A DNA stretch of 63,941 nucleotides, counting the filler, from Welwitschia mirabilis (taxonomy: Eukaryota), in NCBI GenBank assembly GCA_051453625.1. It is 7 parts of one record of this genome, joined end to end, with 100 filler letters (N's around TTAATTAATTAA, not from the genome) between each part and the next. Parts side by side here need not be neighbours in the genome. Positions count along the whole stretch, not along the records: positions 46,816 to 55,360 come from JBOZIK010000001.1; positions 55,461 to 61,926 come from JBOZIK010000001.1; positions 62,027 to 63,941 come from JBOZIK010000001.1; 4 more parts are not named here. One strand, written 5' to 3'. Positions 51,276 to 63,941 of this stretch are shown here, piece by piece; the stretch's first letter is position 1, and every line of letters begins with the position of its first letter. The position numbers and the translations under genes are program-made. The notes below the pieces were generated by a model. The model worked only from the letters and a program-made list of their open reading frames with translations. It made no database searches and was not told the DNA's origin.

Positions 51276-52119
51276 TAGTATAGTGCTTTTATCAGATTTT
51301 TCTCTTGTTAACGTTGGTTATTATTTAGTCTAGTAGCTTAGTGAAATGATTGAAACTCTTCCATTTTCTTAACAATCTCCCCCATTTAATGATAACAACT
51401 TCTTGGTTGCTCAGGTAAGGAAAGAATATGATTTAACTACTAGTTATTTTGCTTCCCTTAAATTTATGCCCTCTATGAGTGTATAATGCGTTTAAAGCAT
51501 AAGAATAAATTATGGTTAACCGTAATCATGCAAACTCATTTTGTAACATTCTTTGTGACATCACAAAGAAATAACCAATCTAAAATTATAACATTAGACC
51601 AACAATGACAAATATTCTACTAATACATTACACACATCAAATTAAATAGGTATTAAACATAGAAAAGTACAAACCTTCAAATAGATAGTAGACGTAAAGA
51701 AGAACAACTATTCTTTTCTTTTGTTATCATTAAAATGTAGTACTATGTCAAAAATAGATACATATGCAAGAAGGTAAAGAAGCTTCATAGTTTATTAAAT
51801 AGAAATTGATCATAGTATATTTATCAAAACTAGTTAAAACAATTTGATTCACTATATTACTATAGCATTGAGATGATCATAGCTAATTATAACTTATGAA
51901 GTTTAATCTTTCATCAAAGTATAATCAATACGTAATCATTATTAAGTATATGATAGTAATCATACTATAGTTCAATCATTTTCTTACTAGTAAATACCAA
52001 TTGTTATGAGATATAAAACATTATCTTAGCCTTTGACAAGTAAATTATTAGAGGTAAGAATGCATGTTCGAAAAATTCTATACCAATATTATCACAAAAG
52101 TATAACTACATTAAGAGGG

Positions 52120-55100
52120 TGTTAAAGAATTTGATACTTAATATCATTATTAATCACAATGAACAACAGATGAAAGTACAATATTAACAGGATGTGATGT
52201 CAACATTCAAATTTTATCTAATTTGATTTTGCTTCCTTTATTCACTCAACTTCCTGAGTGATTTTCTCAAAGGAATTACTTTATTCACTCTTTCCCATTT
52301 TTGTATATACTAATCTATATTTAATGAGGTTTGACCTCATAGCAGAGATATATATACAATATATAATACAATTGTATGAAGAACTATCTTGAATTCTCAA
52401 GTTCATTATTTCTTGCTATTAGTATCAGAGGCTAGGTTACTTTTTGTTAAAGCTTTAATAGTTGAAATGGCACAAGAAATTCATGCTAGTACTTCTATGT
52501 CTATGTCCATGTATGCTTCTTACTTTTCAATAGAAAATTATGATTATTGAGCAATCAAGATGAGGATGTTCTTGATGTCCCAAAATCTCTGGGAATTGGT
52601 GGCTATTGGAATCGATGACATCATAGATCCAATAAATCTTGCAACTAAGGAATGCAAGAATTCTAAAGCACTTTTCGTACTCTAAATGAGTGTAAATGAT
52701 ACAATCTTTTTAAATATTGTGAGTTACACACACATAAAAGAAGCTTGGGAATCTCTCGAGATTGAGTACAAAGGATCAGATTAAATAAGAAATGTAAGAT
52801 TGCAAATTCTCACTAGAAAATAGGAGACTCTTATTATGAAAGAATCTGAATATCTTAAGCATTACATCAATTGTCTTCAAGAGATTGTGAATGTACTGTG
52901 AACTTGTGGAGGAAACATCAAAGAATCAAAGATCATGGGAAAGATTCTTCAAACAGTTGTAAGGTGCTATGATCCTATAATCCATGTGACAGAAGAAAGT
53001 AAAGATATTAACTAATTAACAATGGTTGATCTCATTGGAAGTTTCCAGACCTTTAAGCAAAGAAATCAGTTGCATGAAGAATACACAATAAATGCTTTTT
53101 AGATCTAAAAAAGCACAATGAGATCTTCATGTTAACATTGGCATCAATAACAACCATCCAATCATGAATGTGGTCATGACAATCATGATCAAAGGAATAA
53201 TAATTATGATGATCAAAATCCTTGCCATCAAGAACGAGATCAACGACGAGTTGAATCTAGATCAGATTCAACCAGATCTAGAAAATGATGTAATTACTAC
53301 AAAAGAGAAAATCACACAGAATCAAATTACTAGTTAAAGTAAAAGCATAAAAATAAAAAAGCTGCATATTATATTGAAGAAGAAGAAGAAGAAGAAAATC
53401 ATGAAGAATTTTCTTCATGAGGAAACTAAAGACCAAATCTCCTATCTTACATCCAATGACAGAATTTTAGCAAGCGCGTACAATATCTGATATGTGGATA
53501 GCAGTTGTAATCATCATATGATTAGAAATAGATCCCTATTAGCTGATGCATGAAAACATCAAGGAGAAGTAACCGTTGGTACAGGTGCAAAAGTAATCAT
53601 CATAAGAATTAGCTCAGTAGATATTTCTACAAAAAAAAGATAGATCATGTACTACTTCTGATATCTATTTTGTTTCTGATTTGAAGAAATTTCTACTAAC
53701 TATTGAATAGCTTTGCGCTAAAGGATATAGAGTAGAATTCATCAATTAATCCTGCAAAATCACAGAATAAATGATAAAGAAATGGCATTAATTCCTATGA
53801 GTCAAAATAGAATGTATAACTTATAAATAAAAAAGGATATCAATTGTCTAATAACAATAAAATCAAATCCATGGATTTGACACCTCAAACTAGGACATGT
53901 TAATTTTGGATCAATGGACATAATGCAAAGAAATGATCTAGTTAGAGGTGTTCGAATTTTCTCTTCCCAATTCAATAAATTGTCAGATCTATGCTGTAGA
54001 AAAGACAAAGAGATTATTATCTCCAAAACCTAGACATAGATTTGAAATTGTCTAGATCTAGTGCATATGGATTTCTGTGGTCTAATGTAGACAATGAGTT
54101 TTGAAAAAAGTCGATATTTGCATGTAATAGTTGATGATGACTCTAGAATGTGTTGGGATTATTTTTCTAGACTAAAGATTAGACTTTAGAATACTTCAAA
54201 GTATTTAAGAATATGGTAGGAACACAGAAGGAAAATACTTTAAAGAAAATTAGAGATGATAAAGGAAAAGATTTTACTTTAAATGATTTTAAACAATTTT
54301 ATAAAGATAATGGTATAGTTCATCAAACTACTACAACGTACACTCTACAACAGAACGGGGTAGCAAAAAGGAAAAAAAATTAAACAATCACGATAATGGC
54401 TAGATGTCTTCTACATCAAAGTAGCTTACAAAATGCCTTGTCGACTAAACCATGTGCCATCGCTATCTATATTTTAAATTCTGTACCTTTCAAAGTTTGG
54501 ACAACATGACACCATATCAGTTATAGTATGGAAGCAAGTCAAGCATTTCTCATTTAAAAATTTTTGGCTTACTATGCTATGTGAAAGTACCTAATCAACA
54601 TCGCCAAAAGGTAGATAAAAAGGCTCGAGTTTGCAACTTTTTATGTTATGATTCTAGTTTTAAAGAATTTCGCTATATAATTTGGAAACAAAAAAATTAC
54701 TAGTATCAAGAGATAATTTTTGTCGAAAACCAAGTATCTAGTTTTTCATATATAATTAAAGATAGTCAAGTATTTTACCCCCTAATACCTCCATCTCCAA
54801 ATATTCAGACTCCTCAATCACCATCCTCCTTCCTATTGTTTCTTCTCCTCCCCTATTCTTTTGAGCCCATCTACCTATTCCACTCTCCTATTCCATTTTT
54901 CATCGACCTCTCCCTCTCATGTGGGAACGGTTCAACTGAACAACCCTCCACCCCGACCCCACACTATTAATTTCCTCTCTCTCCACCAGTCAATGCTTTC
55001 CACCTCATGTCCCGCTCTACCTAGCTCAACATACTGCGGTTCCTTCCATGGCCCCTTCATACTCTGCTCGCGCTCCACACGAATCCGTCTCAGCAGCTGG

Positions 55101-55359
55101 ACGTTTGGGCAGATATCATCCACTTTGCCAAATGCTGGATCACGATTTTAAACGGAGCCGGACTCGCTCGGCGGATGGCAAACAACGTGCACCCACCACT
55201 GATCCTCCTTGTCCTTCGTCTCCTCACGGCACAAACCTGTTTTTCACGCATGCAGAGTTTTCACTCAGCCGACCACCGTCATCCGCAATGTCCCTGCCCA
55301 CGCCATTACCATCCCCGCCCCCATTTTTCTCAATATTTTTGCGGTCGCTGACCATTGCT
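52120..55359 (+). mobile_element. Degenerate Ty1/copia element: LTR, PBS, gag, PR, IN, linker
   Basis: TG at 52120, PBS tagtatcagag at 52420, ATG at 52467. Motifs NYDY*AIKMRMFLMSQNLWELV, a zinc knuckle, YVDSSCNHHM, HLKLGHVNF, LVHMDFCG and YTLQQNGVAKRK. Confidence 0.9.
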
Positions 55360-55460
55360 CNNNNNNNNNNNNNNNNNNNNNNNNNNNNNNNNNNNNNNNN
55401 NNNNTTAATTAATTAANNNNNNNNNNNNNNNNNNNNNNNNNNNNNNNNNNNNNNNNNNNN

Positions 55461-58400
55461 CTTAACAAAATGGAATAGCTGAAAGAAAAACTCGAACCTT
55501 ACTAAATATGGCTAGAGTAATGTTAAATGACAAAAACATTTCAAAACAGTTTTGGGCTAAAGTAGTGAACATGGCATGTCATATATCTAACATAGTTTAT
55601 TTGAGGCCTGGAACTTCTAAAACTGCATGAACTTTGGAAAGGTCAAAAACCAAATATATATTACTTTAAAACTTTTGGGAGTAAATGCTTCATTTTGAGA
55701 GATAGAAAGTAAAAATTTGATGCTAAATCAGATGAGGGAATCTTTTTAGGATACTCTCAATCCAAGAGAGCCTATAGAGTTTTTAATAAAAGAACTCTTT
55801 ATATGGAAGAATCAATTAATGTAAAAATACATGATTTCTCAGATTTTTCGAATTCCATTAACCTTGATGAAGATCCTATTCTCTCTTGCTCTATTAATCA
55901 AATGGATAAAAACTCAAGATATAAAGCAACTCTAGAAATTAAGAAACTCAAGCATTATCCTTTGGATTCTATTATTGGAAATGTTTAACAAGGTATCATT
56001 ACCAAAAATTCTCTTAAGAGCTTTAGTGCTCATGTCCCCCTTTTGTCTCAAATCGAACCTAAATATTTTGAAGAGTCTAAATCTGATCCAAGGTGGATCA
56101 ATGCCATGTANNNNNNNNNNNNNNNNNNNNNNNNNNNNNNNNNNNNNNNNNNNNNNNNNNNNNNNNNNNNNNNNNNNNNNNNNNNNNNNNNNNNNNNNNN
56201 NNNNNNNNNNGATCATGGTAAAGAGTTTAAGAATGAAAGATTTGAAATTTATTGCAACTCGAATGAAATTGACCATGAGTTTTCAACCCCTAAAACCCCT
56301 CAACAAAATGGAATAGTTGAACGAAAAAATTGAACCTTACTTGATATGGCTAGACTAATGCGAAATGACAAGAACATTCCAAAACGATTTTGGGCTGAAG
56401 TAGTAAATGCGGCTTGCCATATATCTAACAGGAGTTTTTTTGAGGCCTCAAACTTCTAAAACTCCTTATGAACTTTAGAAAAGTAAGAAACCAAATATAT
56501 CTTACTTTAAAACATTTGGGAGTAAATGCTTCATATTGAGAGATGAAGAGGAACTAGTAAAATTTGATGCAAAATTAGATGAGGAATATTTTTAGGTTAC
56601 TCTCAATCTAGTAGAGTCTATAGAGGTTTTAATAAAAGAACTCTTTATATGGAAGAATCAATTAATTTAAAAATACATGATATTTCAGATTCTTCGAAGT
56701 CCATTAACCTTGATGAAGATCCTATTTCCTTTTGCTCTATTAATTAAACGAATGAAATCTCAAGAGATATAGCAACTCTAAAAATTAAGGAACTCAAGGA
56801 TCATCCTTTGGATTCTATTATTGAAAATGTTTAGCAAGGTATTATTACCAGAAATTCTCTTAAGAACTTTAGTGCTCATGTCTCCCTTTTATCCCAAATC
56901 GAATCTAAATCTTTTGAAGAGGCTAAATCTGATCCAATTTGGATCAATGCCATGTAAGAGGAACTTGAACAATTCACTAGAAATAAGGTTTGGACACTTC
57001 TTCCAAAACCAACAGGAAAAAATGTCATAGGTACAAAGTGGATTTTCAGAAATAAAGTAAATGAGAACAATAAAATTACAGAGAATAAAGCTATATTAGT
57101 GGCTCAAGGGTATTCCCAAATAGAAGAAGTAGATTGTGGAGATACATTTGCTCCAGTTGCTAGATTGAAATCAATCAGGATGTTTCTAGCTTTTGCCTAT
57201 TTCAAGAAAATGAAAGTCTTTTAAATGGATGTAAAAATTGAATTTCTTAATGAAAATATTAAAGAAGAAGTATATGTTAAGAAACCTCAATATTTTTCTG
57301 ATCCTCACAAACCAGAATATGTATATAGACTTAACAAAGCCTTGTATGGGTTAAAACAAGCTTCCAGAGCATGGTATGAAAAGCGTTTATCATTCTTACT
57401 TCAACATGGTTTTTCTAGAGGCTCCATTAATATAACTTTATTTATAAAGGTTTTGAATAATGATTTAATTCTAGTGAAAATCTATATTGATGATATTATT
57501 TTTGGATCAATAAATAAAAACTTGTCAAACGATTTTGCAAAACTCATGAGTTCTGAATTTGAAATGAGCATGGTTGGACTTGTAAATATGTTTTTGGGTT
57601 TAGAAATTTAGTAACAAAAACAGGAAATCTTTATCAATCAAAAGAAATACTCTTTAGATTTAATAAAAAAGTTCAAACTAGAAAAAATGCAAGGTGTATG
57701 GACTCTCCAATGGCCATAAATGTTAAACTTTCTTTAGATGAACATGGTAAGGATATGGATCAAAAGGTATATCGTAGTATTATTAGAAGTCTATTATATC
57801 TAATGGCTAGTCACCTCAATATAGCCTTTAGTATTGGTTTGTGTGCCAGGTATCAAAGCAAACCTAAGGAATCACATCTTACAGCTACAAAGAGAATACT
57901 TTGCTATGTGAAAGGTACTCTAGATTTTGGNNNNNNNNNNNNNNNNNNNNNNNNNNNNNNNNNNNNNNNNNNNNNNNNNNNNNNNNNNNNNNNNNNNNNN
58001 NNNNNNNNNNNNNNNNNNNNNNNNNNNNNNNNNNNNNNNNNNNNNNNNNNNNNNNNNNNNNNNNNNNNNNNNNNNNNNNNNNNNNNNNNNNNNNNNNNNN
58101 NNNNNNNNNNNNNNNNNNNNNNNNNNNNNNNNNNNNNNNNNNNNNNNNNNNNNNNNNNNNNNNNNNNNNNNNNNNNNNNNNNNNNNNNNNNNNNNNNNNN
58201 NNNNNNNNNNNNNNNNNNNNNNNNNNNNNNNNNNNNNNNNNNNNNNNNNNNNNNNNNNNNNNNNNNNNNNNNNNNNNNNNNNNNNNNNNNNNCTTCGCTA
58301 TGTGAAAGGTACTCTAGATTTTGGCTTATAGTTTTTAAATGATACTTTTTTAAGCTTAACAGGATATAGCGATGCGGATTGGGCTGGATGCAAAGATGAT

Positions 58401-61400
58401 CGCAAGAGTACAAGTGATGGATGTTTTTACTTTGGAAATTATCTCACATCCTATTATAGCAAGAAACAATGCTCTATATCTCTTTCTACCACTGAAGCTG
58501 AGTACATAGCCACTGGAGCATGTTGCACTCAGACCTTGTGGATGAAAGAGCACTTGAAGGACTATGAGCTGAATATCATGGAAGTATCAATTCTTTGTGA
58601 CAACTCAAATGCAATTCAAATAGCTCACAATCCAGTCTAACACACTCGTACTAAGCACATCGATATCAGGTATCATTTTATTCATGAATCAGTAGGAAAA
58701 AAAAATAATATTTTTAGAGTATGTATGTACAAAAGATCAATTGGCTACAAAACCTTTATCTTCAGAACGTTTTTCAACCCTTCACTATTTTCTCGGTATC
58801 AAGTCTGAAAAGGACTTACCTCACCCAGCCTCATCTGAATAATAAAATTTAGTGGAGGCGTTCAAATCTTTACTTTTCATATATATATTTTGAACCCCGG
58901 TCAACCTCTTTCCCAAGTAGGATGATCGCTTTTCTCTCAAATTTCATACTGTTAAATTTTCCTTTTACTGGGTTGACCATACATTCAGTTGGGTCGACTA
59001 GTTTATTCCTAGTTTTTTCTGTAAAATCCTATAGTAACTAGGTCAACTAAATAATTATTTTCGGTCAACCTCACCTTTCATTCAAGTCGACTGAGTTTTA
59101 TTCAGATTTCGACTGTAAAATTTTCATCTCGTAGGGTTGACCGCTTAATTTTTTAGGTCAACCACTGCCTTACTATTAGATTTTTAAAATTTTACATGGT
59201 TTGACCGACTGTTTGATCAGTCACCCGCATTTAAGGGGGTGCGTCACGAATTTTTAAAATCCAACCCCCTCACCCTCCTTGTCTTTTTCTTATATTTTTG
59301 GTGCATCCTCTATCATTTTTTGAGCTTATGGGGGACCATCTTCCATTTTTTCCATGTGCTTTCTCTCAGATCTGGGCTTAAAATGATATCTTCTCAGCTA
59401 GGAGAGGGATCTAGGAAATGAAGAAAGGAATCTGCTATCAAATCTCCAAGTTATGTGTTCTCCAGGATGAGCACAGAATAGCTAAGACATTTTCAGAAGT
59501 ATTTTGAGATTAGTCCCATAGCTCTAGAGAAAACCTGTGAGCCTATGCAATTTCTTAACCTGATAAAGGTCCAGACTCTGCTAGAAGAAGTTAATTGAGA
59601 TTACTTTCTTCACGTTTCTGGTACCTGCTACCCTCTGGTAACTAGGTTTTTCTATTCAAATGCTAGGTATGATGCTTCTCAATTAACCTTCATTACTACA
59701 ATCTTTGACCAAGAAATGTGCATTACTATAGATCTCATAGCTTCCCTCACTGGCCTTTCAAGAGGAAACCGGGGTAAGTACTGGCCCATGGCTGAGTCAT
59801 TTGAAGAGAAGGATGTAGCCACTAACCATGTGTATGACACATACATCACTTCGAAGAAGACCCCTAAAGCTTCCCAGCTTCTTCCAAGATTTCATCTTCT
59901 GTACCTAATTATGTCTTATAACTTCCTTCCAATTGCTGGGCATAGAGATGAGCTTTCTAACTATCTGGTCTTTCTCCTTTATGCACTGGACTGAAGAAGA
60001 AACGTAGATGCTCCTGGCATAATGTTCAAATATATGTCCAATCAACTTGAGCTGCACAAACAGCGTGCCCTGCCCTATCCTTTCCTCATTACTCAGATTT
60101 TTTGTCACTTCGACATTCCTTATCTCACCAGGCAGGAGATCCAAAAGCCAATGAGGCCTATGGATCATGCCATGTTATCCAAGATGCACATTTTTAAGAA
60201 ACTAGTCACTCCTTATAGGCCTAAGATTAAGGCCTCTTAGACCCTAGAGATCCTCCATCTTCTACATCGGATCAATTCATGGACTCGTCACATCAAGGAG
60301 GTACTGATTGCAAGTGGTACTCCAGTTGCTGACACCTCTTAGAGTGAGGGTACTCAATCTTCTGAATCCTCTGAGTTTGATTGAGTCTAGTTGTATGTCT
60401 TTGTGTCTTCCAGTCTGTAGTTGTCCTTCCTGTCCTTGATTTCATCAAAAAGGGGGAGAACAATTTGTACTATTTTGTCACTTCGTTTTGTTACTTCTTT
60501 CTAGTCTAGATTGACAAAATGTAACTTTTATCATATACTAAACTTTTGAGTAATATAAAGAAAATTATGTTTGTGAAAATTTCTTTTGATCTTTTCTAAC
60601 ATAAAACTTGTTTAAATTTAATCACTTCAAAGATAAATGAGTTAAGAGGAGAATCCATATATCAAATTATTATTTTTCCTCAATCAATGACAAAGGGGAA
60701 GTTTGTTGAAAGCCCATTGTCATTGATTAATTTAACGAGTTTTTGTAGTTAGTCTTTTATGCAGGTATTCCCGAGTGACCAACTTGAAATATCAGACGAC
60801 CGACTATTAAAGAACTGTGATACTACTTTAGGATTAGGCAACTGCACATGTGAAACTGAGCGACTGAAATGAAACAGCATAAAGAAAACCAGTTCAAACA
60901 TGGAGGATCGATCATATTCATATGGGCAACCACATCACATGCAGTAAAATCCAACCTGATATCAAGACAGATAACCGACTAGATTCCTATGAGCGACCGT
61001 GTCACACGCAGTAAAATCCAACATGATAGCAGGACGGATGACCAACCAGAGTCCTATAGGCGACCAAATCTTACATAGTAAGAATCTATCTGATAACAGT
61101 ACGGGCAATTAACAATTTTGTGACAAACGACTGCATGACAATCAGTGGAACCTGATTTTGGTGATTGCAAGATTGACCGAATAAACATGATAACGAGCAA
61201 CCACATTTTGCCCAAAATATCCCCTCATAAGATTGACTGAATAGGAGTGGTCAGGGCAACCTAGTTAAGGTCCATCACTTATTGAAATAAGGGTGACCGA
61301 ACTTACTCCTAGTCTATACTAAGAGATCTGTGACAAACAAGGGTGACTGAATGTTAGAATAAGGGCGAATTCAGATGCAGGAAACCAAAGTCTTATGTAA

Positions 61401-61926
61401 GGTCGACCGTATGATGGAAAAATGTAACTATTATAAATACAACGGTTCATTAGAAAAAGCGCAATGGTTCCTTAAAAAGTGCAAAGATTCAATTCTTCCT
61501 GTGGAAACAGTTACATGTTATATCTTGAGTATAAAAGCTCTCCTCTATTTAACAGAGAAACATACTCTGTGATAGAATATAGATTGTAATATTTTTCTCC
61601 TAGCACATCTGAATAATCTTCAAGTTTAGATTTCTGTAGTACTTGCATCTTTGTACTTTCTTGAGAAGAAGATTGTTGTATCTTAGAGAAGACATCTATG
61701 CTTTAGTACATCCATCTTTCTATCATTTTTTCATGTCTAAGGATAAGACTTAAAATCCTCAGATTGTAAAAGATTATTTGGTCAGCCTGAAAACCCTTCT
61801 TGTGAGCAAATATATATCAGCTAGGACAAGGAGTCTTCAAAGCTAAAGAGTGGTGTCTATCCACCATTAAATACCTTATTTTAGTATTTCTTTATATTTA
61901 TTGTTTTTTCAAGCCATTAACAACAA
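55461..61926 (+). mobile_element. Sirevirus copy 2: IN-RT-RH, ORF2, multiple PPTs, 3' LTR from 60704
   Basis: [48 protein letters not shown] and GYSDADWAG. PPTs near 60447, 60643 and 60691. Confidence 0.95.
59383..60385 (+). pseudogene. Sirevirus ORF2 (env-like), a few in-frame stops, copy 2
   Basis: About 330 codons, largely in one frame, about 540 nt after the pol stop. Contains the CYPLVTRFFYSN and ALPYPFLITQIF motifs. Confidence 0.85.
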
Positions 61927-62026
61927 NNNNNNNNNNNNNNNNNNNNNNNNNNNNNNNNNNNNNNNNNNNNTTAATTAATTAANNNNNNNNNNNNNNNNNN
62001 NNNNNNNNNNNNNNNNNNNNNNNNNN

Positions 62027-63941
62027 TTTCATCCGAGTCATCTTTCATCTTGCAAGCCTGATGCGGGAGAAAAAATTGCTTTCTGCTTGATTCTTATGTT
62101 GCAAACTGTAAAACATTACATGTTCTCTAAATTTGACATCCCATGACCTCACAATCTGGTTGGTTTTAGGATCCCATTGTCTATAGCCTAGAGCATCCTC
62201 TCTATAGCCAACAAATATACATCGTTTGACTCTTTCCTACAATTTAGTTCTATGTTCCTTTTGGATATGCATATAAGCTTCACATCCAAAAACTCTTAAA
62301 TGCTGTAGGAAACATTTTTACCTTTCCATAAGATTTCTGGAACACCATTGAGAGAAGAATGAGGTGATCTATTCACCAAGTAAGCAGCTGTCACCACTGC
62401 TTCTACCCAAAAGGATTTGGATAAATCTGCACCTGCAACGATAGATCTAGCTTGTTCTAGCGTTGTTCTATTGCATCTTTTAGCAACCTCATTTTCTTGC
62501 GATGTACCTGGAGGGGTACGAATGTGATGAATTCCTTTGCTATTAGAAAACTCTGCAAAAGCCTTGGAGGTATACTTCCCTCCATTGTCAATAAGCAAAC
62601 ATTTCAACTTTAAGGCTGTTTGCATTTTAACTCTGGTAACAAATGTTTTAAATATCCCTAAGATTTCATCAATGAACGTCACAAAATATAAAGAACTGTC
62701 ATGAGAAACAGGATTCACAGGCCTACAATCATCAATGAACGTCACAAAATATAAAGAACTGTCATGAGAAACAGGATTCACAGGCCTACAAACGTCAGAA
62801 TAGACTAACTCACATTTGTTTTTCTTTTTATTATCCAAGTCCCTACGAAAATTAACTTTTCTAGACTTTTCAACTAAACAGTCTTTACAAAAATCTGTTG
62901 GAGTATGAGAAAATGCAGGAATTAGAGATTGAGATTGTAATACCTTTAAACTAGAGTTACCAATATGTCCAAGACGTTTGTGCCAAACATTAGCATCCTC
63001 TGTATCTGAAACTGCAGCAACTACATCGCAAGCATTGGCTTTTAATGTGTACATTCTACCCTCCTTTTTGCCCCCCAAAATCATCATAATCCCTTTAGTA
63101 ATTCTCGAATAGCCCCCACCACTTGAAAAATTCAAGTCTAGGTCATCAAACTTTGTGACAGAGATCAGCTTTTTTGTCAACTCTGGAACATGCTGACATT
63201 TTTGATGGGAACTTTCGGCATCCCTGGTTGCTGCAAAATAATGTTGCCTATAGGATACACAACACTAGACGAAACAACACAATATGATGTAAAGATGGAA
63301 TGATCATGGCAAATATGAAAGAAGGCAGCTGTGTCAATCAACCACACGTCCTTGTCATGTTCCTTTGTCAGGAAGGCACAACATTTAGATATAAGAAAAG
63401 TAACATCTTCTTCAGCTTGATTCACCCGAGAAGGGGACTCTACTGTTTTTCCCCTTTCAGTCTTTTACCTTTGTTTTGCTTTCCTTGCATAGCAGTCCTT
63501 TTGTCTGTGGCCCCCTTTTTTTTTTTTACAAAACCAACATTTCATACTCCTGGTATGAGACACGCCTCTACTCTTATATTCCCCCCCTGCTTTGGTCATG
63601 TTTTTGGTTCTTGCCTTTGTTTTCAGCGACAAAAGCACCTTCAGATGTCGACGCTTCATTCAACCTGCCCTCAGAATCTTGAAGCGCAGAAACAACCTGT
63701 TCAAAGGTAATAGAAGTAATGTTCATGGATGCAGTGATTGAAGTCACTACTACAGACCATGAATCTGGCAGGGAATCCAAAAGAGTATGAGATTTCACCA
63801 AATCTGGAATAGCAATTTTGTACTCCTCTAACTTAACTAGGTTACGCATCATCTCCTCTAGGTGATCTTGCCAACAGACTTCATGTCTTTTCTTCGCTTT
63901 GAAAACCTTTTGATAAATGTGAAAAGTATTTAAACTAGAAG
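62027..63941 (-). mobile_element. Ty1/copia (Tnt1/Tork-like) gag-PR-IN, frameshifted
   Basis: LLDSLPDSWS (gag), CWFCKK..GHRQKDC, WLIDTAAFFHIC, VWHKRLGHI, LVYSDVC and DNGGKY. Confidence 0.93.
62666..62791. repeat. Perfect 63-bp in-frame tandem duplication in integrase
   Basis: 62666-62728 equals 62729-62791. The protein repeat is CRPVNPVSHDSSLYFVTFID. Confidence 0.97.

Noticed and set aside
21062..61982. TTAATTAATTAA islands within N-runs (near 21062, 25414, 34377, 46760, 55405 and 61971)
   Set aside because: An identical six-frame-stop spacer centred in gaps is an assembly linker, not biology.

Overview
AT-rich, CpG-depleted plant nuclear DNA from a gapped draft assembly. N-runs are frequent, and six of them carry an artificial TTAATTAATTAA spacer, so continuity across them is not guaranteed. 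The window is mostly decayed, nested transposons: several Ty1/copia elements, including two oppositely oriented Sirevirus copies with an extra env-like ORF; Ty3/gypsy elements (a Tat/Ogre-type pol with a second RNase H and an Athila-like gag-protease element); a hAT transposase remnant; LINE remnants; and two copies of a probable SINE. Host-derived sequence comprises a probable minus-strand multi-exon gene with a transit-peptide-like first exon (about 561-18092), the possible 3' end of a plus-strand gene at the left edge, a decayed ABCG22-like exon, and a roughly 130-bp plastid psbE fragment inserted in a gypsy integrase. I found no convincing new biological system. The best leads are the psbE insertion, LTRs flanked by both PPT and PBS, a conserved and possibly structured box shared by three gypsy-type 3' regions, and the unidentified gene. 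All calls come from motif recognition by eye; no searches were run.
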